Assembly: GCA_963711835.1 (NCBI GenBank)
Contig: CAVQFQ010000017.1
Span: forward strand, 96,001 to 160,000
Origin: an uncultured delta proteobacterium
GTDB lineage: Bacteria > Desulfobacterota > RBG-13-43-22
DNA length: 64,000 nt
Direction: 5' to 3'
The notes beneath the pieces are model-generated. The model was given only the letters and a program-made list of their open reading frames with translations. It was not told the DNA's origin and searched no databases. A program made the position numbers and the translations under genes. Positions 1 to 10,381 of the stretch are shown here, piece by piece (positions within the stretch are counted from its first letter, which is position 1; each line of letters opens with the position of its first letter).

Positions 1-725
1 ACCGCCTCCACCCTCTCTTTCTTGAAGGCCAGAATGTTTTGGCGGGCCAGTTCCCGGGCGGTTTTAATATCCCCAAGGGCAAAAGCTGGAAGGCCGCAGC
101 AGGTCTGGTTTTGAGGAATAACGACCTCTCCCAGGGGGCCCAACAACTTATTGGTGGCCTCGCCTATTTCCGGATAAAGATAGTTGGTCATACAGCCCAC
201 GAAATAACCGATTCGACGGGAAGGGGTTCGGGGCCTGGGGGCCGCTGGGGCCTTCCGGTCCAGGAAAAAAGGGTCAGCCAGCTCCGGCCAGATCCTGGAG
301 TCCTTAAAAAAACGAAGCCTTACTCCTCTCTCTTCCGGAATTTTTTTAAATAAAAGGTGTTGCCCTTTAGAAAGCTTTTGGATGCGTTCCGGATGGGGCA
401 GGAGTTGACCGGCCAGGAATTTCTTCCATTGGGCGGCCCCCGTCTTTTCGAGGAAGAGGCTGCGCCCCTTTTGGATCAGTTCATCGGCGGCCACCCCGTT
501 GGGGCAGTTCTCGGCACAGGCCCCGCAAAGCAGGCAGTTGCTGAGGAGATCATAGATCTCTTGGTCGCCCGGGAGAAGACCCGAGAGATAATCGGAAAGC
601 AGGGAGAGTTTCCCCCGGGCCGCCAGGGGTTCCCGGCCTGTTTCCCGATAAACAGGGCAGACCGAGAGACAGCTTCCGCACTTAACGCATTGGGAAACCT
701 CTTTTTTCCATTGCTGTTCATCCAT
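1..725 (-). CDS. GlcF-like Fe-S oxidoreductase (2x[4Fe-4S] plus CCG domain), truncated by window edge
   Basis: Not in ORF track. Manual translation from ATG 725 gives MDEQQWKKEVSQCVKCGSCLSVCP...NCLLCGACAENCP...GYFVGCMTNY...QTCCG, open to base 1. Confidence 0.85.
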   Translation of the reverse strand, partial: MDEQQWKKEVSQCVKCGSCLSVCPVYRETGREPLAARGKLSLLSDYLSGLLPGDQEIYDLLSNCLLCGACAENCPNGVAADELIQKGRSLFLEKTGAAQWKKFLAGQLLPHPERIQKLSKGQHLLFKKIPEERGVRLRFFKDSRIWPELADPFFLDRKAPAAPRPRTPSRRIGYFVGCMTNYLYPEIGEATNKLLGPLGEVVIPQNQTCCGLPAFALGDIKTARELARQNILAFKKERVEA

Positions 726-761
726 GGGGCGTTTGGTTGATCATCCTTTAAAATAAAATTA

Positions 762-1093
762 GAGTTTGTCCCAAAGTTACGTGATTTTTAAGCACTCCAT
801 TCGTCGAGGGCTTCGGGGGTCTTGATTTCAAGGTTGTCCGAAAGGTTATCCATAGCCCCAACCCGGCCTGAATTTCTAAGTTGGTTGGGAGCCGGGCATT
901 CACCCAAAACGATAAATAGCTTTGGTGTTGGCCTGTTTCTAAACCCCATTATAAACTTCCTGCCCGGGTTCAGGCTGCCGGCGTTTTGGCGGACAATCCT
1001 TGAAATCAAGACCCCTGAAGCCCTTTGGGGTGATTCAAGATTTTAAGAGGCTACTCCTTCGGTTTGAGAATCACGTAACTTTGGGACTATCCC
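762..1093. mobile_element. Nested MITE-like element copy A (shell type 1; 202-bp core 815-1016)
   Basis: Outer IR GTCCCAAAGTTACGTGATT / AATCACGTAACTTTGGGAC; inner IR AGGGCTTCGGGGGTCTTGATTTCAAGG / CCTTGAAATCAAGACCCCTGAAGCCCT; flanks TAAAATTA / CGAAATTA. Confidence 0.8.
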
Positions 1094-1402
1094 CGAAATT
1101 ATCACGCCCTTAAAAAATAATCAAATCCTCCCCGTTAACTTATGGATCCTCTCCAAATTAGTTGGCTATGATCCAGGATTCAAGGAGTTCCCTTGGCCCC
1201 TTTCTCCCGACTTGTTGGGAGAAGAACCAAAATGTTCTTCTTTGCGTACTTGGCCTCTTTGCGGTGAAGGGAGCCGTTATTCGATCTGATTGGGTGAACT
1301 TGGTCGGTATTTTTTTCGCCAAGAATTCTATTGACGACGGCAACACGTTTATACTATCTCAACAGGTAAGAGACCCTGATCCGAAGGTAAAGGAGGACCC
1401 CC

Positions 1403-3208
1403 TTGGCCGAAAAATTCGTCAGCGAACGCAACTTGAAATTCATGCTTTACGAGGTCTTCAAGGTCGAAACCCTGACTCAATATGCCGTTTATTCGGAACA
1501 CCAGCGGGAGGTGTTTGATCTGGTCCTGGAGACGGCCCTGAAATTGGGCCGGGACCTGCTCCGGCCGGCTCTCATGGAAATGGACCAGAAACCTCCCCGG
1601 TTCATCGACGGTGAAGTCAGGGTTCACCCCCTGGTCAGAACCTGGATGCGTGCCTGCGGGGAAGGGGGTTGGATCGCAGCCAATGCCCCTTTTGAGCTGG
1701 GCGGCCAGCAACTGCCGCTCCTGATCACCGGGGCCTGCCGATTTATTTTTGCCGCGGCCAATTATTCGGCCAGTGTCTATCCCATGCTGACCAGCGGGGC
1801 AGCCCATTTGATCGAATCCTTCGGCTCCGAAGAACAGAAGGAAATCTACCTGCCCAGGATGTTCGCCGGGGAATGGCAGGGGACCATGGCCCTGACCGAA
1901 CCGCAGGCCGGAAGCTCTCTGACGGACATTAAAACCATCGCCGAACCCACGGATAAGGGCTATTACCTGCTGCGGGGGCAAAAGATCTTTATTTCGGCCA
2001 GCGACCATGACGGTGTGGATAATATCGTCAACCTGCTCCTGGCCCGGATTAAGGGAGCTCCGGCCGGGGTTAAGGGAATCTCCCTGTTCGTGGTGCCTAA
2101 GTTCCGGCCTGAGGCGGATCGGCCGCCGGTCCGGAATGATATCCTGGTGGCCGGCACCTACCACAAGCTCGGCTACCGGGGCTCTCCCATCTGCCAGTTA
2201 AGCCTGGGTGAGAACAACGACTGCCGGGGCACCCTGGTCGGTGAACCCCATAAAGGGCTGGCCTACATGTTTCAGATGATGAATGAGGCCCGGATCGATG
2301 TGGGCCTGAGTGCCGCCGCCATCGCCTCGGCGGCCTATTATGCCTCACTCCAATACACCCGGGAGCGGCCTCAGGGCCGGAGGCTTTCGGCCAAGGACCC
2401 CGCCCTGCCGCCGGTTCCGATCATCGAGCACCCGGACGTGAAAAGGATGCTCCTTTTCCAACGGGCCGTAGTGGAGGGGTCGCTCTCATTGCTGCTCCAT
2501 TGCAGCCTTTTGGCCGATCGGGGCCGGGTCTTAACCGGGGAGGAGAAGGAAGATAACGCGCTCCTGCTCGATCTGCTGACGCCCGTGGCCAAAACCTACC
2601 CCTCCGAAATGGGCATCCTGTCCGTAAGCCAGGGATTGCAGTGTTTAGGCGGATACGGTTATTGCGATGAGTTTCCCTTGGAGCTTTTTTACCGCGATGC
2701 CCGTATCCATCCCATCCACGAAGGGACCACCGGGATTCACGGCCTGGATCTCCTGGGCCGCAAGGTAATCCTGAAAGGGGGAAAGGCCTTTAAGCTCTTT
2801 CTTGGAGAAGTGCAGGACGTTATACAAGAAGCGGGAAAAGATCAGACCCTCCGGCCCTATGCCGGGAGATTAGAAGAGGCCATCCGGATATTGGAACAGA
2901 CCACGGCTCATCTCCTTCAGTTGGCCGGGGAAGGGAAGACCGAACTCTTCCTGGCCGATGCCACCCTCTATCTGGAACTATTCGGGATCATCGCTGTGGC
3001 CTGGCAGTGGTTGCTGCAGGCCCTGGTCATCCGGAAAGCCTTGGCTTCCGAACGGACCGAACCGGAGAGACTATTCTACGAGGGCAAATTCCAGACCTGC
3101 CGTTTTTTCTATCATTACGAATTGCCCAAGATCCGGGGATTAAGCCAGCGTCTTCTGGAAAGCGACGGCCTGACCGTTTCCATGGCCGAACCTTTTTTCA
3201 CCGATTAA
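1403..3208 (+). CDS. Acyl-CoA dehydrogenase (about 600 aa type)
   Basis: GTMALTEPQAGS, GQKIFIS, GGYGY and IHEGTTGI motifs; AGGAGG RBS before TTG start. Confidence 0.93.
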   Translation: MAEKFVSERNLKFMLYEVFKVETLTQYAVYSEHQREVFDLVLETALKLGRDLLRPALMEMDQKPPRFIDGEVRVHPLVRTWMRACGEGGWIAANAPFELGGQQLPLLITGACRFIFAAANYSASVYPMLTSGAAHLIESFGSEEQKEIYLPRMFAGEWQGTMALTEPQAGSSLTDIKTIAEPTDKGYYLLRGQKIFISASDHDGVDNIVNLLLARIKGAPAGVKGISLFVVPKFRPEADRPPVRNDILVAGTYHKLGYRGSPICQLSLGENNDCRGTLVGEPHKGLAYMFQMMNEARIDVGLSAAAIASAAYYASLQYTRERPQGRRLSAKDPALPPVPIIEHPDVKRMLLFQRAVVEGSLSLLLHCSLLADRGRVLTGEEKEDNALLLDLLTPVAKTYPSEMGILSVSQGLQCLGGYGYCDEFPLELFYRDARIHPIHEGTTGIHGLDLLGRKVILKGGKAFKLFLGEVQDVIQEAGKDQTLRPYAGRLEEAIRILEQTTAHLLQLAGEGKTELFLADATLYLELFGIIAVAWQWLLQALVIRKALASERTEPERLFYEGKFQTCRFFYHYELPKIRGLSQRLLESDGLTVSMAEPFFTD

Positions 3209-3786
3209 GCGGAAGCGTCCCGGCCGCAAAAACAGGAGGGATGCTTGAAATGCTCTTGGGTATAGTAGTCCAAGAGCTTCCGGACCAGCCTTTTGGGATC
3301 GCGGTCATAGAGTATCTTGGATCCTGTTTTTTTTCGGATGACCCGGACCAGGTACGGAATTTCGTTGGTGATCCCCCCGGTACCGCGCAGAACGCCGATT
3401 AACTTTCCTTCATCATAGGCAATCGCAAATTCTCCCAGGGTCCCGGAACGTCCGCCGATAATGACAATGATATCGGATGTCCGGATGTTGACCACTTCCC
3501 GGCCCATGAGGCCGCTGCCGGTAAAAATCAAGACCTCATGAAAATCTGTAGGCGATTTGTACTTGCTTTCGTGTTCCCAGAGGCTCAACCCGGGGGAGAT
3601 GCCGACGACCAAACCCCCGCCCTCCTGGGCTCCCCGGGCCGCTTCATAGGGAAAGCCGGGGCAGGCCCCGGTCACGGTGATGCAGCCGGCTCCGGCGATA
3701 GCCCGGCCTAAATTATAGGCCGTATCTTTGTGCTGCCGGCTCATCCGGCTGTTGGAACTGCCCATAACCCCGATCTTTAATTTCAT
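3205..3786 (-). CDS. LOG/SLOG-family nucleotide-binding protein
   Basis: KIGVMGS, VTGACPG, GISPG and GGRSGTLGE motifs; ATG at 3786 after AAGGAG. Confidence 0.85.
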   Translation of the reverse strand: MKLKIGVMGSSNSRMSRQHKDTAYNLGRAIAGAGCITVTGACPGFPYEAARGAQEGGGLVVGISPGLSLWEHESKYKSPTDFHEVLIFTGSGLMGREVVNIRTSDIIVIIGGRSGTLGEFAIAYDEGKLIGVLRGTGGITNEIPYLVRVIRKKTGSKILYDRDPKRLVRKLLDYYTQEHFKHPSCFCGRDASA

Positions 3787-4051
3787 GGCTCCTTCCCCTT
3801 TTGGAAAACTTAAAAAACAAGATACCCAACCCCCCAAACGATCAACAATGGAGAAAAATTTCAACTAGCTTTGGTTAGGTATTTATTCTTGACCGGTTCG
3901 AGCATAAGGGACACCTGGGGAAGGTTGCAAGATCTTTTTTAATCCCCGGTTACCGGAAGATGCGTTTACTTTTTTGCCGCTCTATCCTACTATGGCCGGA
4001 GCGAAAGCAGGGGCGGGCCAGAGGTTCGCCCGCAGATCGGAGGAGCAGGGC

Positions 4052-4927
4052 GTGCCGCAAGATCATACGTTCGAAGGCTTGGACGGAGCATTTCACTACC
4101 TGGACTGGGGCGGCACCGGCCCCTTAACCTACCTGGCCCAGGCCACCGGGTATTGTGCCGGCATGTATTCCCCTTTGGCGGAAAGGCTGCTCTCCCGGCT
4201 GCGGGTGGTGGGCCTGGACGACCGCGGCCATGGCCTGACCCAAGCCCCGGCCGATCCCCGGCGGCTGCAGAACTGGGATGTCTTTGTTCAGGATCTGGAA
4301 CATTTTCTGGATCATCTCAACCGGCCGGTCGTGGCTATCGGGCATTCCCGGGGCGGGGTAGTGAGTTTGCTCCTGGCGGTCAAACGACCGGATCTGATCC
4401 GGGGGCTTGTTTTGCTGGACCCTACTATACTGCCTTTCTCCTGGATGTGGTGGTGGTTTCTGGCCAAGAAAACAGGCCTGGCCCGACGGGTGCCCATTGC
4501 AGCCCGGGCCGCTGGAAGGAAAAAGGTTTGGCCGGATCGGGAAACGGTCCTTAGGGTCTACCGGGGGAAAGCCGGTTTTAAATCCTGGAAAGAAGGCTTC
4601 CTGGAAGGCTATGTGGAATATGGCTTGCGGCCTTCAGAGAACGGCGGGGTTCAATGGTGCTGTGATCCGGCCTGGGAAGCCCGATGTTTTGCCGTTTGTC
4701 CCCACGACGTCTGGCGTTATCTCCCCAGGATAAAATGCCCGACCCTGCTTCTCTACGGGGCTGACTCCGACACCTTCCTGCCGGCGGCGGCCAGGCGTTT
4801 TAAGCGTGTAGTCCCGGAAGCAACTATTAAAGCTTTTCCGGCCACCAGCCACTTTGTTCCCATGGAGCGTCCGGATGAAACCAAAGAGGCCATCTTTGAG
4901 TTCCTTGAAACCCACAACATAGTGTAG
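4052..4927 (+). CDS. Alpha/beta hydrolase
   Basis: DDRGHG, GHSRGG nucleophile elbow, SHFVPME; GGAGG RBS before GTG 4052. Confidence 0.88.
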   Translation: MPQDHTFEGLDGAFHYLDWGGTGPLTYLAQATGYCAGMYSPLAERLLSRLRVVGLDDRGHGLTQAPADPRRLQNWDVFVQDLEHFLDHLNRPVVAIGHSRGGVVSLLLAVKRPDLIRGLVLLDPTILPFSWMWWWFLAKKTGLARRVPIAARAAGRKKVWPDRETVLRVYRGKAGFKSWKEGFLEGYVEYGLRPSENGGVQWCCDPAWEARCFAVCPHDVWRYLPRIKCPTLLLYGADSDTFLPAAARRFKRVVPEATIKAFPATSHFVPMERPDETKEAIFEFLETHNIV

Positions 4928-5171
4928 AACGGTTAATGAGGACATCCTATAAGGTCCCTGTCAAGAGAAAAAGGAATTGACGGAAAAGAGACAATGAAAT
5001 AATTTGCTTGAATAAAAGAATGGCTGATCACGGACCTGCGATAGAACCGTTTAAGGTAGCAAAGCCCGAGTGGAAGAATTCTTGGGGATCGCATAAACCA
5101 GGTCCCGGCCCCCAAGACAGTGCAATAATACGCCAGGGCTATAACTTCTGAACCGTTAAAAGGAATAGGCC

Positions 5172-7067
5172 ATGGAAGAAATGGTTAGAATTCAAAATCT
5201 CTCGGACATCGAAGCCCTGGAAAAGATCCCTCTCCGGGAACGCATTCAGGAAAGGACGACCTATGCCCTTCTGGAAAAGGGGGCCGGCATCAATCCCCAG
5301 GCCGCAGCCCTGACTTTCCTCAGGAGCGGGGAGGCCTACCAGGATCCGGTCCAGACCACCTACCGGGAGTTCATGGGCAAGATCCGGCAGACGGCCAATC
5401 TGTTTCATGATTTAGGCCTCGGGCCCCGGGATGTGGTCACCTATCTCCTGCCCAATCTGCCGCAGACCCATTTCGTCCTCTGGGGCGCTGAGGCGGCCGG
5501 CATCGCCAATCCCATCAATCCCATGCTGGAGGCGGCCACCATCCGGGACATCTGCCGGGCCGCCGGGACCAAGATCCTGGTCGCCTTGGGTCCGGTTCCC
5601 GGTTCGGATATCTGGGCCAAAGTGGAGGCCATCCGCAAAGAAATCCCTTCCCTGAACCAGGTGGTGCAAGTCATGGGCCCCGGAGAAGAGGCCGAAGGGA
5701 TCATCGGCTATGAGGAAAGTTTAAAGGGCTATTCCATGGAATCGCTGACCTTCAAGCGGGTCATTGACCCCGAAGACATCGCCTCCCTGTATCATACCGG
5801 CGGGACCACCGGTCGTCCCAAACTGGCCCGGCGGAGCCATTTTAACGAGGCCGTTCTGGCCTGGGATCTCCGCATCGGCATCGGATTACAGCCGGGGGAG
5901 GCCGTTATGTGCGGGCTGCCCTTGTTCCACTGCAACGGGACCTGCGTCACCGGCCTGTCTCCTTTTTCCATCGGAGCTCAGGTGGTGCTCCTCTCGCCGT
6001 CCGGGTATCGGGACCCGGCGATCATCAAAAATTTTTACCGGATCGTGGAACGCTATCGGCCGGTCTTTTTTTCCTGTGTCCCGACGGTCCTTTCCGTCCT
6101 CCTGGACACCCCGGTGGGAGGCGCCGATATCTCGTCGCTGCGCTATGTGGTTTGCGGAGCCGCTCCCTTGAGCGTAGAACTCTTTCGCCGATTTGAAGAG
6201 CATTCCGGCATGAAGATCCTCGAAGGCTATGGTTTGACCGAATCCACCTGCGCCTCGGCCGTCAACCCCAAGGACGGAGAGCGGAAAGTGGGCAGCATCG
6301 GATTGCGGATGCCCTACCAGCAGATGAAGATCGCTATCCTGGACCAGGAAGGCAACTATGTCCGGGATGCCCGACAGGGGGAAATCGGGCTGGTCTGCAT
6401 CAAAGGGCCGACCATCTTTCAGGGCTATGTGGAAGAGATCCATAACCAGGGCATCTGGCTCCCGGAGGGATGGTTCAATACCGGAGACTTGGGCCGGCAG
6501 GATGAAGACGGCTTTTTCTGGCTGACCGGAAGGAAGAAGGACTTGATTATCCGGGGCGGCCATAATATCGATCCGGCCGCGATTGAGGAACCGCTTTACA
6601 AGATGGAAGGCATTAAGATGGTCGCCGCAGTCGGCCGGCCCGATCCCCATGCCGGAGAAGTTCCGGTGGCTTATGTGGAGACCGCGGAAGGGGCCTCTCT
6701 CAGCCGGGAAGCGATCATGGAATGGGCCCGCCGGCATATCGGTGAAAAGGCGGCCCTGCCCAAGGATATCTTTATCGTCGACCGGATTCCCTTGACCGCC
6801 GTCGGCAAAATCTTCAAGCCTTCCCTGCGCTGGGATGCCATCCGGCGGGTCTACGAGCAGGAACTGGCGGCCCTGGGCCCTCTGGCGACTGCCGTAGAAG
6901 TCGTCGTGGGAGAGGATAAAGTCCAGGGCACCGCAGCTTTCATTCGGATCGAACCGGCTGCCGGAACGAACCGGGATACCCTGGAGAAACGGGTTGCAGA
7001 AATCCTGGCTCGCTATACCGTCCATTATCAGGTGAGCTTCGAGGGCAAGGCGACGGGGCCGGCTTAG
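5172..7067 (+). CDS. AMP-forming acyl-CoA synthetase
   Basis: YHTGGTTGRPK, EGYGLTE, NTGDLG and GKIFK motifs. Confidence 0.93.
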   Translation: MEEMVRIQNLSDIEALEKIPLRERIQERTTYALLEKGAGINPQAAALTFLRSGEAYQDPVQTTYREFMGKIRQTANLFHDLGLGPRDVVTYLLPNLPQTHFVLWGAEAAGIANPINPMLEAATIRDICRAAGTKILVALGPVPGSDIWAKVEAIRKEIPSLNQVVQVMGPGEEAEGIIGYEESLKGYSMESLTFKRVIDPEDIASLYHTGGTTGRPKLARRSHFNEAVLAWDLRIGIGLQPGEAVMCGLPLFHCNGTCVTGLSPFSIGAQVVLLSPSGYRDPAIIKNFYRIVERYRPVFFSCVPTVLSVLLDTPVGGADISSLRYVVCGAAPLSVELFRRFEEHSGMKILEGYGLTESTCASAVNPKDGERKVGSIGLRMPYQQMKIAILDQEGNYVRDARQGEIGLVCIKGPTIFQGYVEEIHNQGIWLPEGWFNTGDLGRQDEDGFFWLTGRKKDLIIRGGHNIDPAAIEEPLYKMEGIKMVAAVGRPDPHAGEVPVAYVETAEGASLSREAIMEWARRHIGEKAALPKDIFIVDRIPLTAVGKIFKPSLRWDAIRRVYEQELAALGPLATAVEVVVGEDKVQGTAAFIRIEPAAGTNRDTLEKRVAEILARYTVHYQVSFEGKATGPA

Positions 7068-7136
7068 ATTTTATTACGACCTGTTCCCGGCAGGCGCCTG
7101 ACTCCAGACAGAGCCGGGGATTTGCCAAAAGAAATC

Positions 7137-7205
7137 AGTATCGTTCAAAAGTCAGGGCACTGGCGCATTATTGCTGGACTAGGGGACCGGGGGTTCCGAA
7201 CGACT
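7137..7205. repeat. Internally deleted remnant of shell type 2 element (copy B)
   Basis: AGTATCGTTCAAAAGT...GGCACTGGCGCATTAT...GGGGACCGGGGGT matches the left arm of the 17407 copy, then stops at the core boundary. Confidence 0.7.
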
Positions 7206-7470
7206 ATCTTCCCCGGAATCCCCGCCGGACGACGGCCTCCTTGACCAACAACTTGTTTCCCTTGAACTCGGTTTGGTTGAGCGACGAGATGGCCCTGCGG
7301 GCCTCCCACTGGGTGGACATCTCCACAAAGGCAAACCCCTTGGATTCCCCGGTCTGCCTGTCCCCGACAATCTTGACGGACATGACATCTCCGGCATTGG
7401 CGAAAAAGGCCTTTATCTCCTGCTCGCTGGTTTGAACGGGTAGATTGGCCACATAAATTTTTTTATTCAT
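7204..7470 (-). CDS. RRM RNA-binding protein
   Basis: RNP2 IYVANL, RNP1 KGFAFVEM, RG-rich tail; AAGGAGG RBS. Confidence 0.93.
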   Translation of the reverse strand: MNKKIYVANLPVQTSEQEIKAFFANAGDVMSVKIVGDRQTGESKGFAFVEMSTQWEARRAISSLNQTEFKGNKLLVKEAVVRRGFRGR

Positions 7471-7766
7471 TATCCCTCCTTAGTGAGTAAGTTTAAGAAC
7501 CACCCCTTTGGGGATCAATAACCCCTTGGCCTTCCTGAGACAGACCCCATTTTCCGCCCAACAAGGGCGGCCCGTTTTCCCTTGAGCGGAGTCAGCCCCT
7601 AACTTCGTCGACGTCTCTGCCTGGTTATAAAAAAACCCGCTGAAGAAGTTGGCTAGAGTTCTTTGCGGGCCCGATAAACAAGTAAAAAATGGCTCTCGGC
7701 AACTAATTCCTTTCATTCTATCTGTTCTTAAACCTAAAAGCAAGAAGATCGAGCCCTGTTTTCTTC

Positions 7767-7795
7767 TTGACAATACTTTTGGCCTGGTGTATTTT
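7767..7795 (+). promoter_or_regulatory. Putative sigma70 promoter of the DEAD-box helicase gene
   Basis: TTGACA-17 bp-TATTTT. Confidence 0.5.
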
Positions 7796-8029
7796 CCCAT
7801 CAACATCGAATCAGTTCTTGCCTATAGCTCCGGAAGCCGACCATCAGACCCTGCCTTTGGCGCACTGCGCAAGACCAAGTGGAACATCAGAGCCTGAACG
7901 GCAGCTTCACCGGCAATCCTTCCGTTTTTTCTTTTAAACGTCCCACGCCATTCAATTAAACCAGCCGGATTACTCCATCGGGCAGACCTGCCTGGTCAGG
8001 TCAAGATTGCCCCTGGACAAAGGAGAATT

Positions 8030-9184
8030 ATGTCATTTACAACGTTTGCACTTCACCCTAACCTATTGAAAGCCATAACTAAAAAAGGCTTTGAGCAGCC
8101 CACCCCGATCCAGCGGCTGGCCATCCCGCACCTCCTCCAAGGCCGCGATATTATGGCCACAGCGGTGACGGGCAGCGGCAAAACCGCCGCTTTTCTGCTT
8201 CCCCTTCTCCACCAGATGATCGGGCAGCCCCGGGGAAAAACCCGGGCCCTGGTCCTGGTCCCCACCCGAGAGCTGGCTGCGCAGATCACGGAACACCTGG
8301 ACGACCTGGCCTGCTATACATCCATTAAAGCAGTGGCGGTCTATGGCGGGGTTTCCGCCGTACCCCAGGCCCAGGCCCTTCGCCGTAAGGTGGATTGGGT
8401 TATCGCCACCCCCGGCCGGCTCCTCGACCATATGCGGAACGAATATGCCCGGTTTGACGGCATCACTCATTTAGTGCTCGATGAGGCGGATCGCATGCTG
8501 GACATGGGCTTTCTCCCAGACATCCGGCGCATCCTGGCCAGCCTCCCGGTAAAGCGGCAGACTCTGTTTTTTTCAGCCACGTTGCCGGCGCCCATCGTGG
8601 CCCTGGCCCGGGAGATGTTGAAAGATCCGGTGTCCCTCAATATCACCCCGAAACCCCAGGCCGCCGCCGGGATTACCCAGGTGGCCTACCCCATCCCCCA
8701 GGAAATGAAATCAAACCTCTTGCTGGCCCTTCTTAATCAAAGCCAGTCCAAGAGCGTACTGGCCTTTACCCGGACCAAGCACCGGGCCAATCGACTGGCC
8801 GATTTCCTCGAAAAAAAAGGGGTGCGCTGCGGACGGATTCACGGCAATCGCAGCCAGGGTCAGCGGACCGAAGCCCTGGCCGGTTTTAAGGCCGGCCGCT
8901 TTCGAGTTCTGGTGGCCACCGACATTGCGGCCCGGGGTATTGATGTGGAGGCCCTCGGTCTGGTCTGCAATTTTGATGTCCCCGGCCAGGCAGAGGATTA
9001 TGTTCACCGGATCGGCCGGACCGGAAGGGCCGAAGTCGCCGGGGATGCCTGCACCCTGGTTTCACCGGATGAGGAGAAAACGCTCCGATCCATCGAACTG
9101 AGCCTCGGCCGGCGTATGCCCCGGAAAAAGGTCCCGGGTTTTAATTATGGGCAGGCCTGGGAACGGAAAAATTCCCTTCAATAA
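8030..9184 (+). CDS. rhlE: DEAD-box RNA helicase (RhlE-like)
   Basis: Q motif PTPIQ, TGSGKT, PTRELA, DEAD, SAT and HRIGRTGR. Confidence 0.92.
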   Translation: MSFTTFALHPNLLKAITKKGFEQPTPIQRLAIPHLLQGRDIMATAVTGSGKTAAFLLPLLHQMIGQPRGKTRALVLVPTRELAAQITEHLDDLACYTSIKAVAVYGGVSAVPQAQALRRKVDWVIATPGRLLDHMRNEYARFDGITHLVLDEADRMLDMGFLPDIRRILASLPVKRQTLFFSATLPAPIVALAREMLKDPVSLNITPKPQAAAGITQVAYPIPQEMKSNLLLALLNQSQSKSVLAFTRTKHRANRLADFLEKKGVRCGRIHGNRSQGQRTEALAGFKAGRFRVLVATDIAARGIDVEALGLVCNFDVPGQAEDYVHRIGRTGRAEVAGDACTLVSPDEEKTLRSIELSLGRRMPRKKVPGFNYGQAWERKNSLQ

Positions 9185-9394
9185 TTACTTGAACCATTTG
9201 AATGAGCTGGTATAGTGAACCCGTCCCGACCTGACTAAGTCGGAAAAGGATTTATCCGCCGCCCCACAGGGGAAAAGGCGGACCCTTTATCCTAACCGGC
9301 TTGGCGGGTCTCGGGAAAAAAAGTTGACCGGCCCTTCTTTCACCCGGACCCCTTAATAATTCCGGCCCAGCGGGCGGTAAAAGGTTTAAAACGT

Positions 9395-10381
9395 ATGTGC
9401 GAAGAACTGATGCCCGATCTTTTTCGGCTTGAAATTCCCCTGCCCGAAAGCCCGCTTAAATTTCTCAATTCTTATGTCATCAAAAGCCCGGACCGGAATT
9501 TAATCATCGATACCGGTCTCAACCGCCGGGAGTGCCTGGAGGCCATGCTGGCCGGGTTAGGGAAGCTGTCCGTCGATCTTAAGGACACCGATCTCTTCAT
9601 TACCCACTTGCATGCCGACCACTTCGGGCTGGTCACCAAATTGGCCGTTGATTCCAACCGGATTTTTTTCAGCCGCCCGGAGAAGGAGCTCATCGAATCC
9701 TGGGAAGGCTTTGAGGCCATGATCGTCTATGCCGGCCGGAACGGTTTCCCGCAGGATCAACTGCGGGCCGCCCTGGAAAAACACCCGGGAAAAAGGTACG
9801 GCTCGGACTGGATGCCGAAATTGACCCTCCTGGATGACGGGGATGAAATCCATTGCGGGCGCTATCATTTCCGCTGTCTGACCACGCCCGGTCATACCCT
9901 GGGACATATCTGTCTTTATGAGCCCGACCAAAAATTACTCGTGGCCGGAGACCATATCCTGGATGATATCACACCCAATATTCAATGCTGGACCGACCAG
10001 CAGAATCCTCTGAAATGGTATCTGGCCAGCCTCGACAAGGTTGCGGCCATGGAGGTAAGTTTGGTCCTGCCGGGACACCGGCGGCTCATCAGGGATCATC
10101 AAACCCGTATCGCTGAATTGAAACGGCACCATGAAAATCGCTTGGCCGAATGCCTGACCATCCTGAAAAACGGCCCGTTGAGCGCTTTTCAAACCGCCTC
10201 CAGGATGACCTGGGATATAAAATGTGACTCCTGGGAGGCCTTTCCGGTAACCCAGAAATGGTTTGCCACCGGAGAGGCCATTTCCCATCTGAGATACCTG
10301 GAAGAAGAGGGCCGCGTCGGCCGGGAATGGGAAAATGACATTACCCTTTATACCTTAAGAGGAAACTATGGAACTGATTAG
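9395..10381 (+). CDS. MBL-fold metallo-hydrolase
   Basis: THLHADH, PGHT, GDHIL and PGH motifs. Confidence 0.9.
   Translation: MCEELMPDLFRLEIPLPESPLKFLNSYVIKSPDRNLIIDTGLNRRECLEAMLAGLGKLSVDLKDTDLFITHLHADHFGLVTKLAVDSNRIFFSRPEKELIESWEGFEAMIVYAGRNGFPQDQLRAALEKHPGKRYGSDWMPKLTLLDDGDEIHCGRYHFRCLTTPGHTLGHICLYEPDQKLLVAGDHILDDITPNIQCWTDQQNPLKWYLASLDKVAAMEVSLVLPGHRRLIRDHQTRIAELKRHHENRLAECLTILKNGPLSAFQTASRMTWDIKCDSWEAFPVTQKWFATGEAISHLRYLEEEGRVGREWENDITLYTLRGNYGTD

Noticed and set aside
788-1009. Short ORFs sharing RPTPKLF..LGECPA (also 17471-17725)
   Set aside because: They lie within the repeated core. Starts, stops and frames differ between copies and there is no RBS, so the similarity follows from DNA repetition.
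5886-7025. Long antisense ORFs (also 15935-17269, 33556-34833, 39185-40357)
   Set aside because: Shadow frames of GC-rich, well-supported genes on the opposite strand, with no recognisable motifs.
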